Below are positions 21,097 through 31,070 of a stretch of DNA of 64,000 nucleotides, piece by piece. The number at the start of each line of letters is the position of its first letter. Within the stretch, counting starts at the first letter, position 1. The position numbers were made by a program, and so were the translations under genes. The DNA comes from Prevotella sp. UBA2739 (GTDB taxonomy: Bacteria; Bacteroidota; Bacteroidia; Bacteroidales; Bacteroidaceae). The stretch covers positions 2,871-66,870 of the forward strand of contig DEJV01000005.1 of assembly GCA_002353525.1 (NCBI GenBank). The letters run 5' to 3'. Under the pieces are notes generated by a model that saw only the letters and a list, made by a program, of their open reading frames with translations, was not told where the DNA came from and did not search any database.

Positions 21097-21308
21097 GCAA
21101 AGTTACGAAAAATCGAGAGCAGAACAAAACAAACAGTTTGTTTTTTATGCCGAGATGGAGTAACTTCGCGTCTTTTCGTCGCAAAGTTACGAAAAGTCGG
21201 GCGAAATGCCAAATTTATTTGAGCATTTCCGAGACGGAGTAACCTCGGCGAAGTCAAAGTTGTGCGAAAATCGAGAGAAATGCAAAAGAAAGTTGCTTTT
21301 CCTTGCTA
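21097..21308. repeat. Two complete and one partial copy of a ~70-75-bp palindromic unit
   Basis: gcaaagttacgaaaa-tcg...variable hairpin...ccgagayggagtaac at 21097 and 21181; partial copy at 21255. Confidence 0.75.
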
Positions 21309-21980
21309 TATTTTTCTTACCTCCACCACACTGACGACACCCTCAGCCACACGAAACCTGATGTCACGGCCACCGAAGGGCAAGCCATAGATGCGCTGGC
21401 TGTCGGTATGATAGTGGGGGCGCGGATCAAGCGAGAGGATTTTCGTCAGTGCCGCCAGCTCGCCTGAGGAGAACTGCTGACGCAAGTCGTCGGGGATTAC
21501 CACTTCCAGCTGTTTCCATTCTCGTTGGTCGGTGAAACCGCCACGGGCCTCGGGATGGGCATCGGCATAGGGCACATAGGGCTTGACATCGTAAATGGGC
21601 GTACCGTCCATCAGATCGGCACCCAGCACATGTATCACCCCATTCTCCACTTTCTCGATACGCACACACGAAAGTCCCAGGCCATTGGGACGGAAGGGTG
21701 AGCGCGTGGCAAACACACCCATGCGCTGATTACCACCCAGACGAGGCGGCCGCACGGTGAGTGAACGGCTCTCGCCGGCATCGTCGCTGTTTGCCGAGAA
21801 TCCCCATATCAACCACAAATAGTCGAAATCCTCTATCCCCCGCAGGGCATCGGGCTGGGCATAAGGTTTCTCGAACACGATGCTGCCACGCAGTTCGTCA
21901 ACGAGTCCGCTCTGCCGGGGAATACCAAACTTGCTGGTCAGCGGCGAACGGAAATGGGCGATGGGCGTGATTTGTTTCAT
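21306..21980 (-). CDS. trmO: tRNA (N6-threonylcarbamoyladenosine37-N6)-methyltransferase TrmO/TsaA
   Basis: KFGIPRQ, TVRPPRLGG, GVFATRSPFRPN, DGTPIYDVKPY, DPRP; start uncertain (21980 or 21995). Confidence 0.9.
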   Translation of the reverse strand: MKQITPIAHFRSPLTSKFGIPRQSGLVDELRGSIVFEKPYAQPDALRGIEDFDYLWLIWGFSANSDDAGESRSLTVRPPRLGGNQRMGVFATRSPFRPNGLGLSCVRIEKVENGVIHVLGADLMDGTPIYDVKPYVPYADAHPEARGGFTDQREWKQLEVVIPDDLRQQFSSGELAALTKILSLDPRPHYHTDSQRIYGLPFGGRDIRFRVAEGVVSVVEVRKI

Positions 21981-22110
21981 TATCTTGTCTTTCATGATGG
22001 CACATTTCATGGATGCTGCAAAGATAAACAAAATATCCTAAAAAGGAAAGGGAATGCATGATAATTCTGAAAACGTTTACGTAATTTTTTGCACGAAAAT
22101 TGCATGATTA

Positions 22111-22142
22111 TTTGATTGTAGTCAACTTTTCAGCTAACTTTG
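22111..22142 (+). promoter_or_regulatory. Bacteroidota housekeeping promoter (-33/-7)
   Basis: TTTG-N20-TAACTTTG. Confidence 0.75.
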
Positions 22143-22145
22143 CAA

Positions 22146-22253
22146 TCACAAAACAACGGATTTTCAATATTTACATGCTACATCATACAAACTGCTAAAA
22201 CATTCAAGATAAGTACGAAGAAATAGCCTCGATGTGATATCGGGGCTTTTTTG
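22146..22253 (+). ncRNA. Candidate ~105-nt small RNA or leader
   Basis: Consensus promoter directly upstream and intrinsic terminator at the end; only a 7-codon ORF inside. Confidence 0.45.
22225..22253 (+). terminator. Intrinsic terminator
   Basis: agcctcgat-gtgat-atcggggct followed by a T run. Confidence 0.8.
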
Positions 22254-22317
22254 TTGCCTTTCCCAAAACTGTCGGTTGGAAAATCAAATTGTGTAGTTGA
22301 TTCGCACGGTAATCGAT

Positions 22318-22325
22318 TATCTTTG
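22318..22325 (+). promoter_or_regulatory. -7 promoter element for the sugar operon
   Basis: TATCTTTG 40 nt upstream of the kinase ATG. Confidence 0.6.
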
Positions 22326-22365
22326 CAGCTGAATTCAATTCTAGTATATACTAACTTCTAACAAT

Positions 22366-23850
22366 ATGGACAATAAAAAATATTTCTTTGCGGTCGATTT
22401 GGGCGCAACGAGCGGAAGGACAATTATCGGCACGTTGAACGACGGAAAATTCGACTTGGAAGAACTGACTCGCTTCGACAACAATCTCATTGAGACGGGC
22501 GGACACTTCTACTGGGACATCTATGCCTTGTATTTTGAAGTCATCAAGGGACTCAAGGTGGCTGCCAGCCGGCAGATAGAGATTACCAGCATTGGCATCG
22601 ACACATGGGGTGTCGATTTTGTGTTTGTCGGCGACGACAATGCCATCTTGCGCAACCCCATGGCCTATCGCGACCCGCACACCTTCGGCAAGATGGAAGA
22701 GTATCTGGAGAAGGTGGCCAGCAAGAAGGATGTCTATCATGTGACGGGCATTCAGTTCATGAACTTCAACTCGCTCTTTCAGCTATATGCCATGAAGGAG
22801 GCAGGCAACAGCGCCCTGAAAAACGCAAAGAAGATTCTCTTTGTGCCCGACGCACTCAGCTGGATGCTTACGGGCGAGGCCGTATGCGAGTATACCATCG
22901 CCTCCACATCACAGATGCTCGACCCGCGCACCAAGGACCTCGACAAGGCCCTGCTGGCAAGTGTCGGCCTGAGCCGCGACAAGTTCGGACGCATGGTGAG
23001 CCCCGGCACACAGATTGGCGTGCTCACCGAAGAGGTGCAGCGCATGACGGGTCTGGGAGCTGTGCCGGTGATTGCCGTTGCCGGTCATGACACGGGCAGC
23101 GCCGTGGCTGCCGTTCCTGCCCGCAACGAGCAGTTTGCCTATCTGAGCAGCGGCACATGGAGCCTGATGGGCATTGAGACGAAGGATGCCATCATCAATG
23201 AGCGCAGCTACGAGCTGAACTTCACCAACGAAGGTGGCATCGAGGGTACCACGCGATTCCTGAAAAACATCTGCGGCATGTGGCTCTATGAGCGCTGTCG
23301 CAAGGAGTGGCCCGAAGAGGTGCGCCGGCTCTCCCACCCCGAGCTGCAAGGTTCGGCCATGCAGGTGGAGGCCTTCCGCAGCATCATCAATCCCGACGAT
23401 GCCTTGTTTGCCAACCCCTCATCGATGATTGAGGCCATACAGACCTACTGCCGCAACACCCACCAGACAGTGCCTGAGACACCCGCCGAGATTTGCCGTT
23501 GCATTTTCGACTCGCTGGCCCTGCGCTACCGTCAGGTGTTCGGATGGCTGAAAGAGTTTGCCTCTTTTCCACTCAACGTGCTGCACATCATTGGCGGCGG
23601 ATCGCTCAACAAATATCTCAACCAGTTTACCGCCAACTCGCTGGGTGTGGAGGTACTTGCCGGACCGCAGGAAGGAACAGCCATCGGCAACATCATGATG
23701 CAGGCAAAAGCATCGGGCGAAGTGAAAGACATCTGGGAGATGCGCCAGATTATTGCCAACAGCCTCGATCTGAAGCAGTTCCACCCACAAGATAAAGAAC
23801 TGTGGGACGAGGGATACCAAAAATACCTCGCTGTCACAGGACAGAAGTAA
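22366..23850 (+). CDS. Rhamnulokinase/fuculokinase (FGGY family)
   Basis: AVDLGATSGR, GIDTWGVD, HDTGSA, SSGTWSLMG, TNEGG, GGGS, EGTAIGN. Confidence 0.9.
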   Translation: MDNKKYFFAVDLGATSGRTIIGTLNDGKFDLEELTRFDNNLIETGGHFYWDIYALYFEVIKGLKVAASRQIEITSIGIDTWGVDFVFVGDDNAILRNPMAYRDPHTFGKMEEYLEKVASKKDVYHVTGIQFMNFNSLFQLYAMKEAGNSALKNAKKILFVPDALSWMLTGEAVCEYTIASTSQMLDPRTKDLDKALLASVGLSRDKFGRMVSPGTQIGVLTEEVQRMTGLGAVPVIAVAGHDTGSAVAAVPARNEQFAYLSSGTWSLMGIETKDAIINERSYELNFTNEGGIEGTTRFLKNICGMWLYERCRKEWPEEVRRLSHPELQGSAMQVEAFRSIINPDDALFANPSSMIEAIQTYCRNTHQTVPETPAEICRCIFDSLALRYRQVFGWLKEFASFPLNVLHIIGGGSLNKYLNQFTANSLGVEVLAGPQEGTAIGNIMMQAKASGEVKDIWEMRQIIANSLDLKQFHPQDKELWDEGYQKYLAVTGQK

Positions 23851-23971
23851 ACAAGCATGCATGGCCCTGGCAAAGATGACATTCGCCGCTGAAAGGAGGG
23901 ATGACATTCGCTGCTGAGAGGCCTGCATTCAACCAACAAGATTATCAATAACAAAAAATACTTAGAAAACT

Positions 23972-25402
23972 ATGAGTAAACCATTAGTAGAGACCAAAGC
24001 AAGAGTAGGTGTATTCTCGATTGCTTTACAGGCATATCTGCCACAGTTCCCACAACTAGTTCCTGAATTTGAGGCACAATATGACGCCTTCAAGAAAACC
24101 CTTCCCGACACCATCGAGATTATCGATGGCGGCATGGTCACCACCAAAGAGATGGCCATGGAGGCTGGCGATAAGTTCCGCGCTGCAGACGTCGACTTGG
24201 TCATCCTGCAACTGCTGACCTATTGCACCTCTTATAATATGCTGCCGGCAGTGCGCGATCTCGACGTGCCCGTAGTGCTGGTGAACGTGCAGAAGAAGAA
24301 GGCTCCCGACTATGCCCATACCGACATTCCCACATGGCTTGGCGAACTCTATGCCTGTGGTGCAGTAGGCGAGATGGTGGCCGACCTGGAGCGTGCCGGC
24401 AAGCGCCATGCCGTGATTACCGGTGTGGTAGAAGGCGGCGACCCACAGGTGCAAGCCGAGATTGAGGACTGGTGCCGTGCCGCACAGGTGCGCCGTCGTT
24501 TCCGCGACACGAACATTGCACAGATAGGACGCCCCTATCCCGGCATGATGGACCTCTATATCGACGAGACCAATCTCTACCACCGCATGTTTGTTTATAC
24601 CAAACAGTTCGACTGGGAGAAGATGTGGGCTATTGCCGACAATATCACCGACGAAGAGGCTATCCGCGCCAAGGCTCAGGACATTCTCGACACCTTCGAC
24701 ATCGAGGGTGGCGGCACCATCGAAAAGGTGTGGGACATGGCCAAGTATGTGGTGGCTTTTGAGCAGTGGGTGAAAGATGAGAAACTGGGCATGATTGCCT
24801 CTCACTACGACGGTTTTGCACAGGGCATTGCCGGAAAACTCGACTCGATGCTCATCCCTGCCTTCTCGATGCTCATCAAACAGCACACAGCATGTGCCGT
24901 AGAGGGTGACATGAAGGTGGCAATGGCCATGTCGATATTGAAAACCATCAGCGGTACCGGCACACTCTCTGAGATGTACAGCATCGACTTCAACGAGGAC
25001 ATCTGCATCATTGGTCACTCGGGATCAGGCGACTTCGACATCTCGCAGGCCAAGAAGCCTACCATGAAAATCGTTCCTGTGTTCCACGGCAAGGCTGGCG
25101 GTGGCTACCTCACACAGTTCTATCCTCCCACGGGACCCGTGACTTATCTGGGCATCACCCAAGACAAGAATGGCGTGTTTAAGTTTGTGGTGGCAGAGGG
25201 CGTCAACGAGGACGGACCTATCTTCACCTTCGGCGACACCAACATGCGCACCCGTTTCTCTATCGGTGCACGCGAATTCTGCAACCGCTGGAGCGAGGCC
25301 GGTCCTACCCACCACATGGCAGCTGCCGTAGGTCACCACATCGACACCATTCTCAAGGTGGCCAAGATTTTCAACATCAAGGTGGATGTTGTTTGCAGAT
25401 AA
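23972..25402 (+). CDS. L-fucose/L-arabinose isomerase family protein
   Basis: 476 aa; EGD metal-ligand motif, GHSG, C-terminal GPTHH; not the canonical AraA or FucI N-terminus. Confidence 0.8.
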   Translation: MSKPLVETKARVGVFSIALQAYLPQFPQLVPEFEAQYDAFKKTLPDTIEIIDGGMVTTKEMAMEAGDKFRAADVDLVILQLLTYCTSYNMLPAVRDLDVPVVLVNVQKKKAPDYAHTDIPTWLGELYACGAVGEMVADLERAGKRHAVITGVVEGGDPQVQAEIEDWCRAAQVRRRFRDTNIAQIGRPYPGMMDLYIDETNLYHRMFVYTKQFDWEKMWAIADNITDEEAIRAKAQDILDTFDIEGGGTIEKVWDMAKYVVAFEQWVKDEKLGMIASHYDGFAQGIAGKLDSMLIPAFSMLIKQHTACAVEGDMKVAMAMSILKTISGTGTLSEMYSIDFNEDICIIGHSGSGDFDISQAKKPTMKIVPVFHGKAGGGYLTQFYPPTGPVTYLGITQDKNGVFKFVVAEGVNEDGPIFTFGDTNMRTRFSIGAREFCNRWSEAGPTHHMAAAVGHHIDTILKVAKIFNIKVDVVCR

Positions 25403-25436
25403 TCAAGCTGAATGAAGAAATAAAGAACAAATAACC

Positions 25437-26774
25437 ATGTCAAAAAACAAAGGTAGTCTGAAGAGCACCCTGGCGGTGTCTCTCAACAATTATCTGGACG
25501 CAGGTGCCATCGTGGCCGGATCGAGCGGCGTCACCCTATGGCAGAATTATCTGGGTCTGTCGGAGATGCACCTGGGATGGCTCAACGCCCTCAGCGCCAA
25601 TGCGCTGGGAGCTGCTATCGGTGCCATCATAGGTGGTTTCCTGGCCGACAAGTTCGGACGTAAGTTTATCTTCACCTACAACCTGCTGGTCTATATGCTC
25701 GGCGTACTCATTGTGATGTTGTCGGTGAATTTCCCGATGCTTCTTGTGGGTTTCCTTATCACGGGCATCTCGGTGGGAATTGGAGTTCCTGCTTCATGGA
25801 CATACATCTCTGAGAGTTCGGAAGTGAACAACCGAGGCCGCAACATCTGCATCTCGCAGATGTCGTGGGGACTCGGCCCGATGTTCATCCTGTTCTTCGG
25901 CATGCTGCTCGCACCGGGCGGCGTGCTCTATGCACCCGTAGAGTCGCTGGCCCATGCCATCGTGGGAGCCGACGCAGCACAGGCCACTGTGGAGGTGTTC
26001 TCCTCGCGCGTGGTATTCCTGACGCTCTTCATCGTGGCCTTCATCGCCTGGAACCTCCAGCGCCAGCTGGAAGAGAGCGCCGAATACACTGCCCAGAAGG
26101 CCAACAACGTGAACAGCAGCATTGTCGACAACATCAAGCTGCTCTTCACCAACAAGACTGCTGTCAAGACCGTAGCTTTCCTGGCTACCATCTATCTGAC
26201 GTGGAACCTGGTGGCATCGGTGATGGGATTCTTCATGCCGCATATCTACGAGACAGCAGGCGGACTGAGCAATGAGTCGGCCAACATGCTGAGCTGCATC
26301 AGCTGGGTGTTTGTGGTGGTTACCACTTTCATCATCTCATTCTACGTAGACAAAGTGGCCCACCGGTTCTTCTACATCTTCGGACTGGCTGCAGCTCTCA
26401 CCGCCTGGCTTCTTGTCATCGGCGGTGGTGTGACCACCATTGCAGGCATCTGGATCTTCACCATTCTTTGGGGTATCAACAACGGTAGTTCGGTTCAGGT
26501 GTTTTACGCCTTGTGGGGCTCAGAGCTCTTCCCCGCCAAATTCCGTGCAGGTGCCCAGGGTCTGATGTTCTTCATCGTGCGTGGTCTTTCGGCAGCATGG
26601 GGACTTGTCTTCACGTATATCTATGGAGAAAATGGCGAAGGCTTCACCATTGCCGCTTATTGCATGGTGGTGCTGCTGTGCATCTCGCTCGTGGTTGGTC
26701 TCATTGGCATGCCCAACACGCGTGGCCGTGCCCTCGACGACATTGTGCACGAGCGCTATGGCGAAAACTATTGA
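25437..26774 (+). CDS. MFS sugar transporter
   Basis: About 12 TM helices; GGFLADKFGRK motif A; SELFPAKFRA; PNTRGR. Confidence 0.9.
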   Translation: MSKNKGSLKSTLAVSLNNYLDAGAIVAGSSGVTLWQNYLGLSEMHLGWLNALSANALGAAIGAIIGGFLADKFGRKFIFTYNLLVYMLGVLIVMLSVNFPMLLVGFLITGISVGIGVPASWTYISESSEVNNRGRNICISQMSWGLGPMFILFFGMLLAPGGVLYAPVESLAHAIVGADAAQATVEVFSSRVVFLTLFIVAFIAWNLQRQLEESAEYTAQKANNVNSSIVDNIKLLFTNKTAVKTVAFLATIYLTWNLVASVMGFFMPHIYETAGGLSNESANMLSCISWVFVVVTTFIISFYVDKVAHRFFYIFGLAAALTAWLLVIGGGVTTIAGIWIFTILWGINNGSSVQVFYALWGSELFPAKFRAGAQGLMFFIVRGLSAAWGLVFTYIYGENGEGFTIAAYCMVVLLCISLVVGLIGMPNTRGRALDDIVHERYGENY

Positions 26775-26782
26775 TTGATTTT

Positions 26783-26920
26783 CGTAGGTACGAGGGCAAT
26801 CTCGTACCTACGAAAATTCGTAATATCGATACATCGAGATTTCGAAACTTCGAGACTTCGATATTTCGATATATCGGAACATCGACATATCGAGATCCCG
26901 ATATATCGACATCTCGAAAA
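26783..26920. repeat. Palindrome plus degenerate 8-nt tandem array between convergent genes
   Basis: cgtaggtacgag...ctcgtacctacg hairpin, then about a dozen wTCGAnAy units. Confidence 0.8.
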
Positions 26921-26942
26921 TCAAAAAAAATCCTCAGACTTA

Positions 26943-28352
26943 TTACTCTTTCAACTTGAAAGAGTTCTCAATGCTAGTAATCTCATCATGGAAAAGAGCA
27001 TCTATCCGCATGCGCTCTTCCACCTGACTGCAGCTGTGAATCACCGTTGAGTGATCGCGGCCACCAATCAGCTTGCCTATACGCGAGGAAGGCATCTTGG
27101 TGTATTTCTGCGCCAGATACATCGACACCTGACGGGGCTGCACATACTCACGCTTGCGACTGCGGCCCGCAACAGCCGTAGAAGAAACGTTGTAATGGGT
27201 GCACACCGCATCCAGAATATCGTCGATGGTAAGCGGATGGTCGTCAACCTTCACGGCACGTTTGATGACACGCTCTGCCAAACGCATGTCGATATTACTA
27301 TTATAGACCACCGAATAAGCCAGCAGCGAGTTCACCACTCCTTCCAAATCACGCACACTGCCGTTAGCCGTAGAAGCAATAAAACGTACCACATCAGAGG
27401 GGATACTCAGTCCATCGCGCTTAATCTTACTCTCCAGAATATCAATGCACAGCTGCACGTTGGGCTTCTCCAGTTCGGCAATCAACCCGCAGGAGAAACG
27501 AGTGAGCAAGCGGTCGGGCATTCCCTTCAAATCGATGGGCGGACGGTCGCTGGCGAGGATGATGCGCTTACCATTCTTGAACAGATGGTTGAAGATATGG
27601 AAGAAGGCCACCTGTGTCTTCTCTGCCGTCATCCACTCTTGCACATCGTCGACAATGAGCACATCAATCGTCTGGTAGAAATTGATGAAGTCGTTGGTGG
27701 TGTTATGCAACACAGCACTTGTATACTGCACCTGAAAGAGGCGGGCGCTGACATAAAGCACACGCTTATCGGGATACAGCTCTTTGGTGCGCACCCCGAT
27801 GGCATTGATCAGATGCGTCTTTCCGCATCCCGACGGTCCGTAAATGAACATCGGGTTGAAGGAAGTCTTGCTCGGATGCTCGGCAATAGACAGTCCCACG
27901 CTGCGTGGCAGCTTGTTGCTGTCGCCCTCTATAAAATTAGAAAAGGTGAGATGCGGATTCAGCTGCGAGTCGATGGGCTGCGGCTGGGCTGCATCGAGCA
28001 CACTGGGCGACTGGTTAGCGCGTGTGCGTGTGAGCGTATGCCCAATTTGGGGCACAGGGTCTGCCGGAATCACCTGTGTGAGATGGTTCGCCATATCGGT
28101 GACAATGCGATAGGTAAGCTTGACACCCTTTCCAAAGGTATGCGAAAGCACCTTGCTCAGCAAGTCAACGAAGTTCTCTTCCAAGTACTCGTAAACAAAC
28201 GGACTTGGAACTTGCACCAGCAATGTTTGAGTCTCTTCGTTGAAAGACTCAAGCATGATGGGCTTGAACCATGTGTTGAACTGCTGCTCTGTCACATTGC
28301 CCTTTATGAGCGAGAGGCTTTGCTCCCAGAGTGCACCAGGATTACTTTTCAT
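26943..28352 (-). CDS. dnaA: Chromosomal replication initiator DnaA
   Basis: FNTWF domain I, GPSGCGKTHL, IVDDVQ, SVRDLEG, GGRDHSTVIH. Confidence 0.97.
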   Translation of the reverse strand: MKSNPGALWEQSLSLIKGNVTEQQFNTWFKPIMLESFNEETQTLLVQVPSPFVYEYLEENFVDLLSKVLSHTFGKGVKLTYRIVTDMANHLTQVIPADPVPQIGHTLTRTRANQSPSVLDAAQPQPIDSQLNPHLTFSNFIEGDSNKLPRSVGLSIAEHPSKTSFNPMFIYGPSGCGKTHLINAIGVRTKELYPDKRVLYVSARLFQVQYTSAVLHNTTNDFINFYQTIDVLIVDDVQEWMTAEKTQVAFFHIFNHLFKNGKRIILASDRPPIDLKGMPDRLLTRFSCGLIAELEKPNVQLCIDILESKIKRDGLSIPSDVVRFIASTANGSVRDLEGVVNSLLAYSVVYNSNIDMRLAERVIKRAVKVDDHPLTIDDILDAVCTHYNVSSTAVAGRSRKREYVQPRQVSMYLAQKYTKMPSSRIGKLIGGRDHSTVIHSCSQVEERMRIDALFHDEITSIENSFKLKE

Positions 28353-28714
28353 TACCTTAAATTATTGAATTATATGACGAAGCTTTACAAAAAAGCTCAT
28401 TAGGTTTTTGTATTCGTCTGCAAATTTCGGAAATCTTTTTGAGAAATGCAAATCTTAACTTTTATTATTTTTTTACATTCGTTCGTAAAGTGCACAATCA
28501 CGGGTGTTTACGAAAAGCGAACTAAAATATACGATTTTCCCTATTTGCAAATTTAAAACCTACTGATATATCGCCACTTACACACAATTTATGTTTTTCT
28601 CAAAAACAAGGGCAACGCCTGATAGCAATCATCACAAACACCACTAAAACAGGCGGTTTCAGATGATGCCCTCAAGCAAAAATATGCCTATGCTCAATTT
28701 AGACAAAATTTAAT

Positions 28715-29617
28715 TTACTTATCTTTTTTGCCAAATACGGAGAAATGCACGTAGCGTTTCGGATGGGATTTCAAATCGATGAGCAGCGAATCGGCATCGC
28801 GCACCGTGGCATTCAAATGATTATACAATTGCGGGTCGCGCATGAGCAGGCCCAGCGAGCCTTGGTTGCTGTTCAGCTGTGCCGTGAGCTGCTTCACATT
28901 GTCGAGTGTGGCATCCACGCGCGCCAGTGTTGACGCCACGTCGAGGGCACTCAGATTGCCTGTCAGCTGCGATGTGTTGTCGAGCACGCCATCCACCTTC
29001 GTCATCAGTCCTGGCATGCGCTTATTGAGGTTGGCCATCAGCGTGTTCAGTTCGTTCGAGGTAGTAATCAGATTGCCCGAGATGGCCTCCACGTGGTGCA
29101 ACGACTGGGCAATGGCCGGATCGGCCAGCAGCATATTCAGGCTGCCCATGATAGAATCGAGCTTGGGCAGCATTTTCTCTATGGCGGGTATCATGTCCTT
29201 CACTTGTCCGAGTGCGCCGCTGCTGACCTTTCCCGGGATCACGTCGCCAGGATTCAATTTTCCCGTGCCGTCGCTTTTCACAATCAGGTTCACCTGCACG
29301 TTGCCCAGCATGTCGCTCACAATCTCTGCCGAGCTTCCCTTGGGCAGCTCCAGCTTGGGGTCGATATCCACTTCCACTTTGATGTCGGCATCGGGATTCT
29401 GATAGTTGTAGTCCACTTTCTTCACCACTCCCACGCGGAATCCGTTGGCATAAATCGGACTCGACGAGGCCAGTCCGGTAACATCATCGAACGAGATGAA
29501 GTATCTGTTATTCGATGAAAACAGACTCATGCCCTTCAGAAAATTCATTCCGAAATAGAGCAGGACGATGGCTCCCATCGCAACGAGTGCTATTCTTATC
29601 TCTTTTGAAACTTTCAT
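28715..29617 (-). CDS. MCE/MlaD family protein
   Basis: N-terminal TM, GLASSSPIYANGFRVGVV, helical C-terminus ending HPKRYVHFSVF. Confidence 0.88.
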   Translation of the reverse strand: MKVSKEIRIALVAMGAIVLLYFGMNFLKGMSLFSSNNRYFISFDDVTGLASSSPIYANGFRVGVVKKVDYNYQNPDADIKVEVDIDPKLELPKGSSAEIVSDMLGNVQVNLIVKSDGTGKLNPGDVIPGKVSSGALGQVKDMIPAIEKMLPKLDSIMGSLNMLLADPAIAQSLHHVEAISGNLITTSNELNTLMANLNKRMPGLMTKVDGVLDNTSQLTGNLSALDVASTLARVDATLDNVKQLTAQLNSNQGSLGLLMRDPQLYNHLNATVRDADSLLIDLKSHPKRYVHFSVFGKKDK

Positions 29618-29631
29618 ATTCGGTTGTTTGT

Positions 29632-30972
29632 TTATTGGTTCTTATGTGCGCGATACTCCCTGATGCCTTCGCGAACGTCTATCTTCTCTCCGTTCTTGAA
29701 AGCGATGATGAATGCCTCGGGGAATTTCTCCAACAGCGTCTTGCGCAACTGGTATATCTCATTGTAGTTGACAGAGGCACCGACAGTATATTTATACAGG
29801 CCTCCCTCCTGATAGTGGTACACATCGGCCGTTCCTTTCAACTGCGCACTGCCGCTCTTCAGCAACTGCGAACTGGCAAGAATCTGCACCTTGAAAACGG
29901 GTCTTCCGTCGTTAGCGTTGCTCTCTGCCCCACTACTTTTTTCCTTTGTTGCTTGCTCCGGTTCCTGCTTTGCCACTTCGGGTTCCGCTTTTTGTTCCCG
30001 TGCTTGTTCGGCTTTTGGCTGTTCCGCCGCCATTTGAGCTTTTGGCTGTTCTGTCTGCCTTACCGTCTTTGACGGTGCTGCTTTGCTTTCCGCCTTTTGC
30101 GCTGCCTTTTCCTTGTATTCCTCGGGTACGACCGACGGAATTACTGTTTCCTGATCGGCCGTTTCCTCGAAAGGGACGGTGGTTCCTCCAAAATACTTCT
30201 TCTTGTAAGCGATGAAGGCATTGTAGATGCCACGGGTGTACTTCTCGGGAGCCTCGGCAGAATTCATAAACCGCTCTTCGTCGGGGGTGGAGATGAATCC
30301 CAGCTCAAGCAGACAGCCGGGCATCGACGTCAGGCGCAGCACGGCCAGATTGTCCTGATGGGCACCGCCGTTCTGCCGGCCGGTGGCAGCACATACATAG
30401 CGCTGCATCAGTTTGGCCATCTCAACACTCCGCTCGCGGTAGGTGTCTTGTATGAACTCAAACATGATGTTGCTCTCTGGCGAGTTGGGGTCAAACCCCG
30501 CATAATGTTGCTGGTAGTCTTTCTCCATCACGATGACGGCATTCTCGCGCTTGGCCACATCGAGGTTCTCGGTGATTCCTTTGTTGCTGCCCGAAACGCG
30601 CCCCCTGCCCAAGGTATAGGTTTGGAAACCGCGTGCAATCTTCTTGCCGGGCAGCGCGTTGATATGGATGGAGAGGAAAAGGTCGGCTTTATTCTTGTTG
30701 GCAATCTCTGCCCGCTGCCACAACTCGAGGAAGACATCTGTCTTACGGGTGTACACCACCTTCACGTCGGGGCAGTTGCGCTCCACATACTTGCCGAAGG
30801 CCAGAGCCATTTTCAGCGTGAGGTTCTTTTCTTTCGACATCGAGCCTACGCAGCCCGCGTCCCTGCCGCCATGACCGGCATCGATAACGAGCGTAAACCG
30901 CTTGCCGGCTCCCATGGCGTGGGTTGCCAGCGTCAATAATAACAATGCTATGAAAACAACTCTTTTGCCCAT
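29632..30972 (-). CDS. N-acetylmuramoyl-L-alanine amidase (Amidase_3)
   Basis: IDAGHGG, SIHINA, LLELGFIS; low-complexity linker and SPOR-like tail. Confidence 0.92.
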   Translation of the reverse strand: MGKRVVFIALLLLTLATHAMGAGKRFTLVIDAGHGGRDAGCVGSMSKEKNLTLKMALAFGKYVERNCPDVKVVYTRKTDVFLELWQRAEIANKNKADLFLSIHINALPGKKIARGFQTYTLGRGRVSGSNKGITENLDVAKRENAVIVMEKDYQQHYAGFDPNSPESNIMFEFIQDTYRERSVEMAKLMQRYVCAATGRQNGGAHQDNLAVLRLTSMPGCLLELGFISTPDEERFMNSAEAPEKYTRGIYNAFIAYKKKYFGGTTVPFEETADQETVIPSVVPEEYKEKAAQKAESKAAPSKTVRQTEQPKAQMAAEQPKAEQAREQKAEPEVAKQEPEQATKEKSSGAESNANDGRPVFKVQILASSQLLKSGSAQLKGTADVYHYQEGGLYKYTVGASVNYNEIYQLRKTLLEKFPEAFIIAFKNGEKIDVREGIREYRAHKNQ

Positions 30973-31070
30973 GCGTATTGTTTTGGCTGCAAAATTAGTG
31001 AATTATCTACAAAACTCAAACCTTTCGTCAGGTTTTTTCTCTGATGAGGAGCAAATCTTTGTCCGATTCG

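Noticed and set aside
28353-28714. oriC next to dnaA
   Set aside because: No cluster of TTATCCACA boxes seen; the one perfect box noticed (about 59395) lies inside tcdA.
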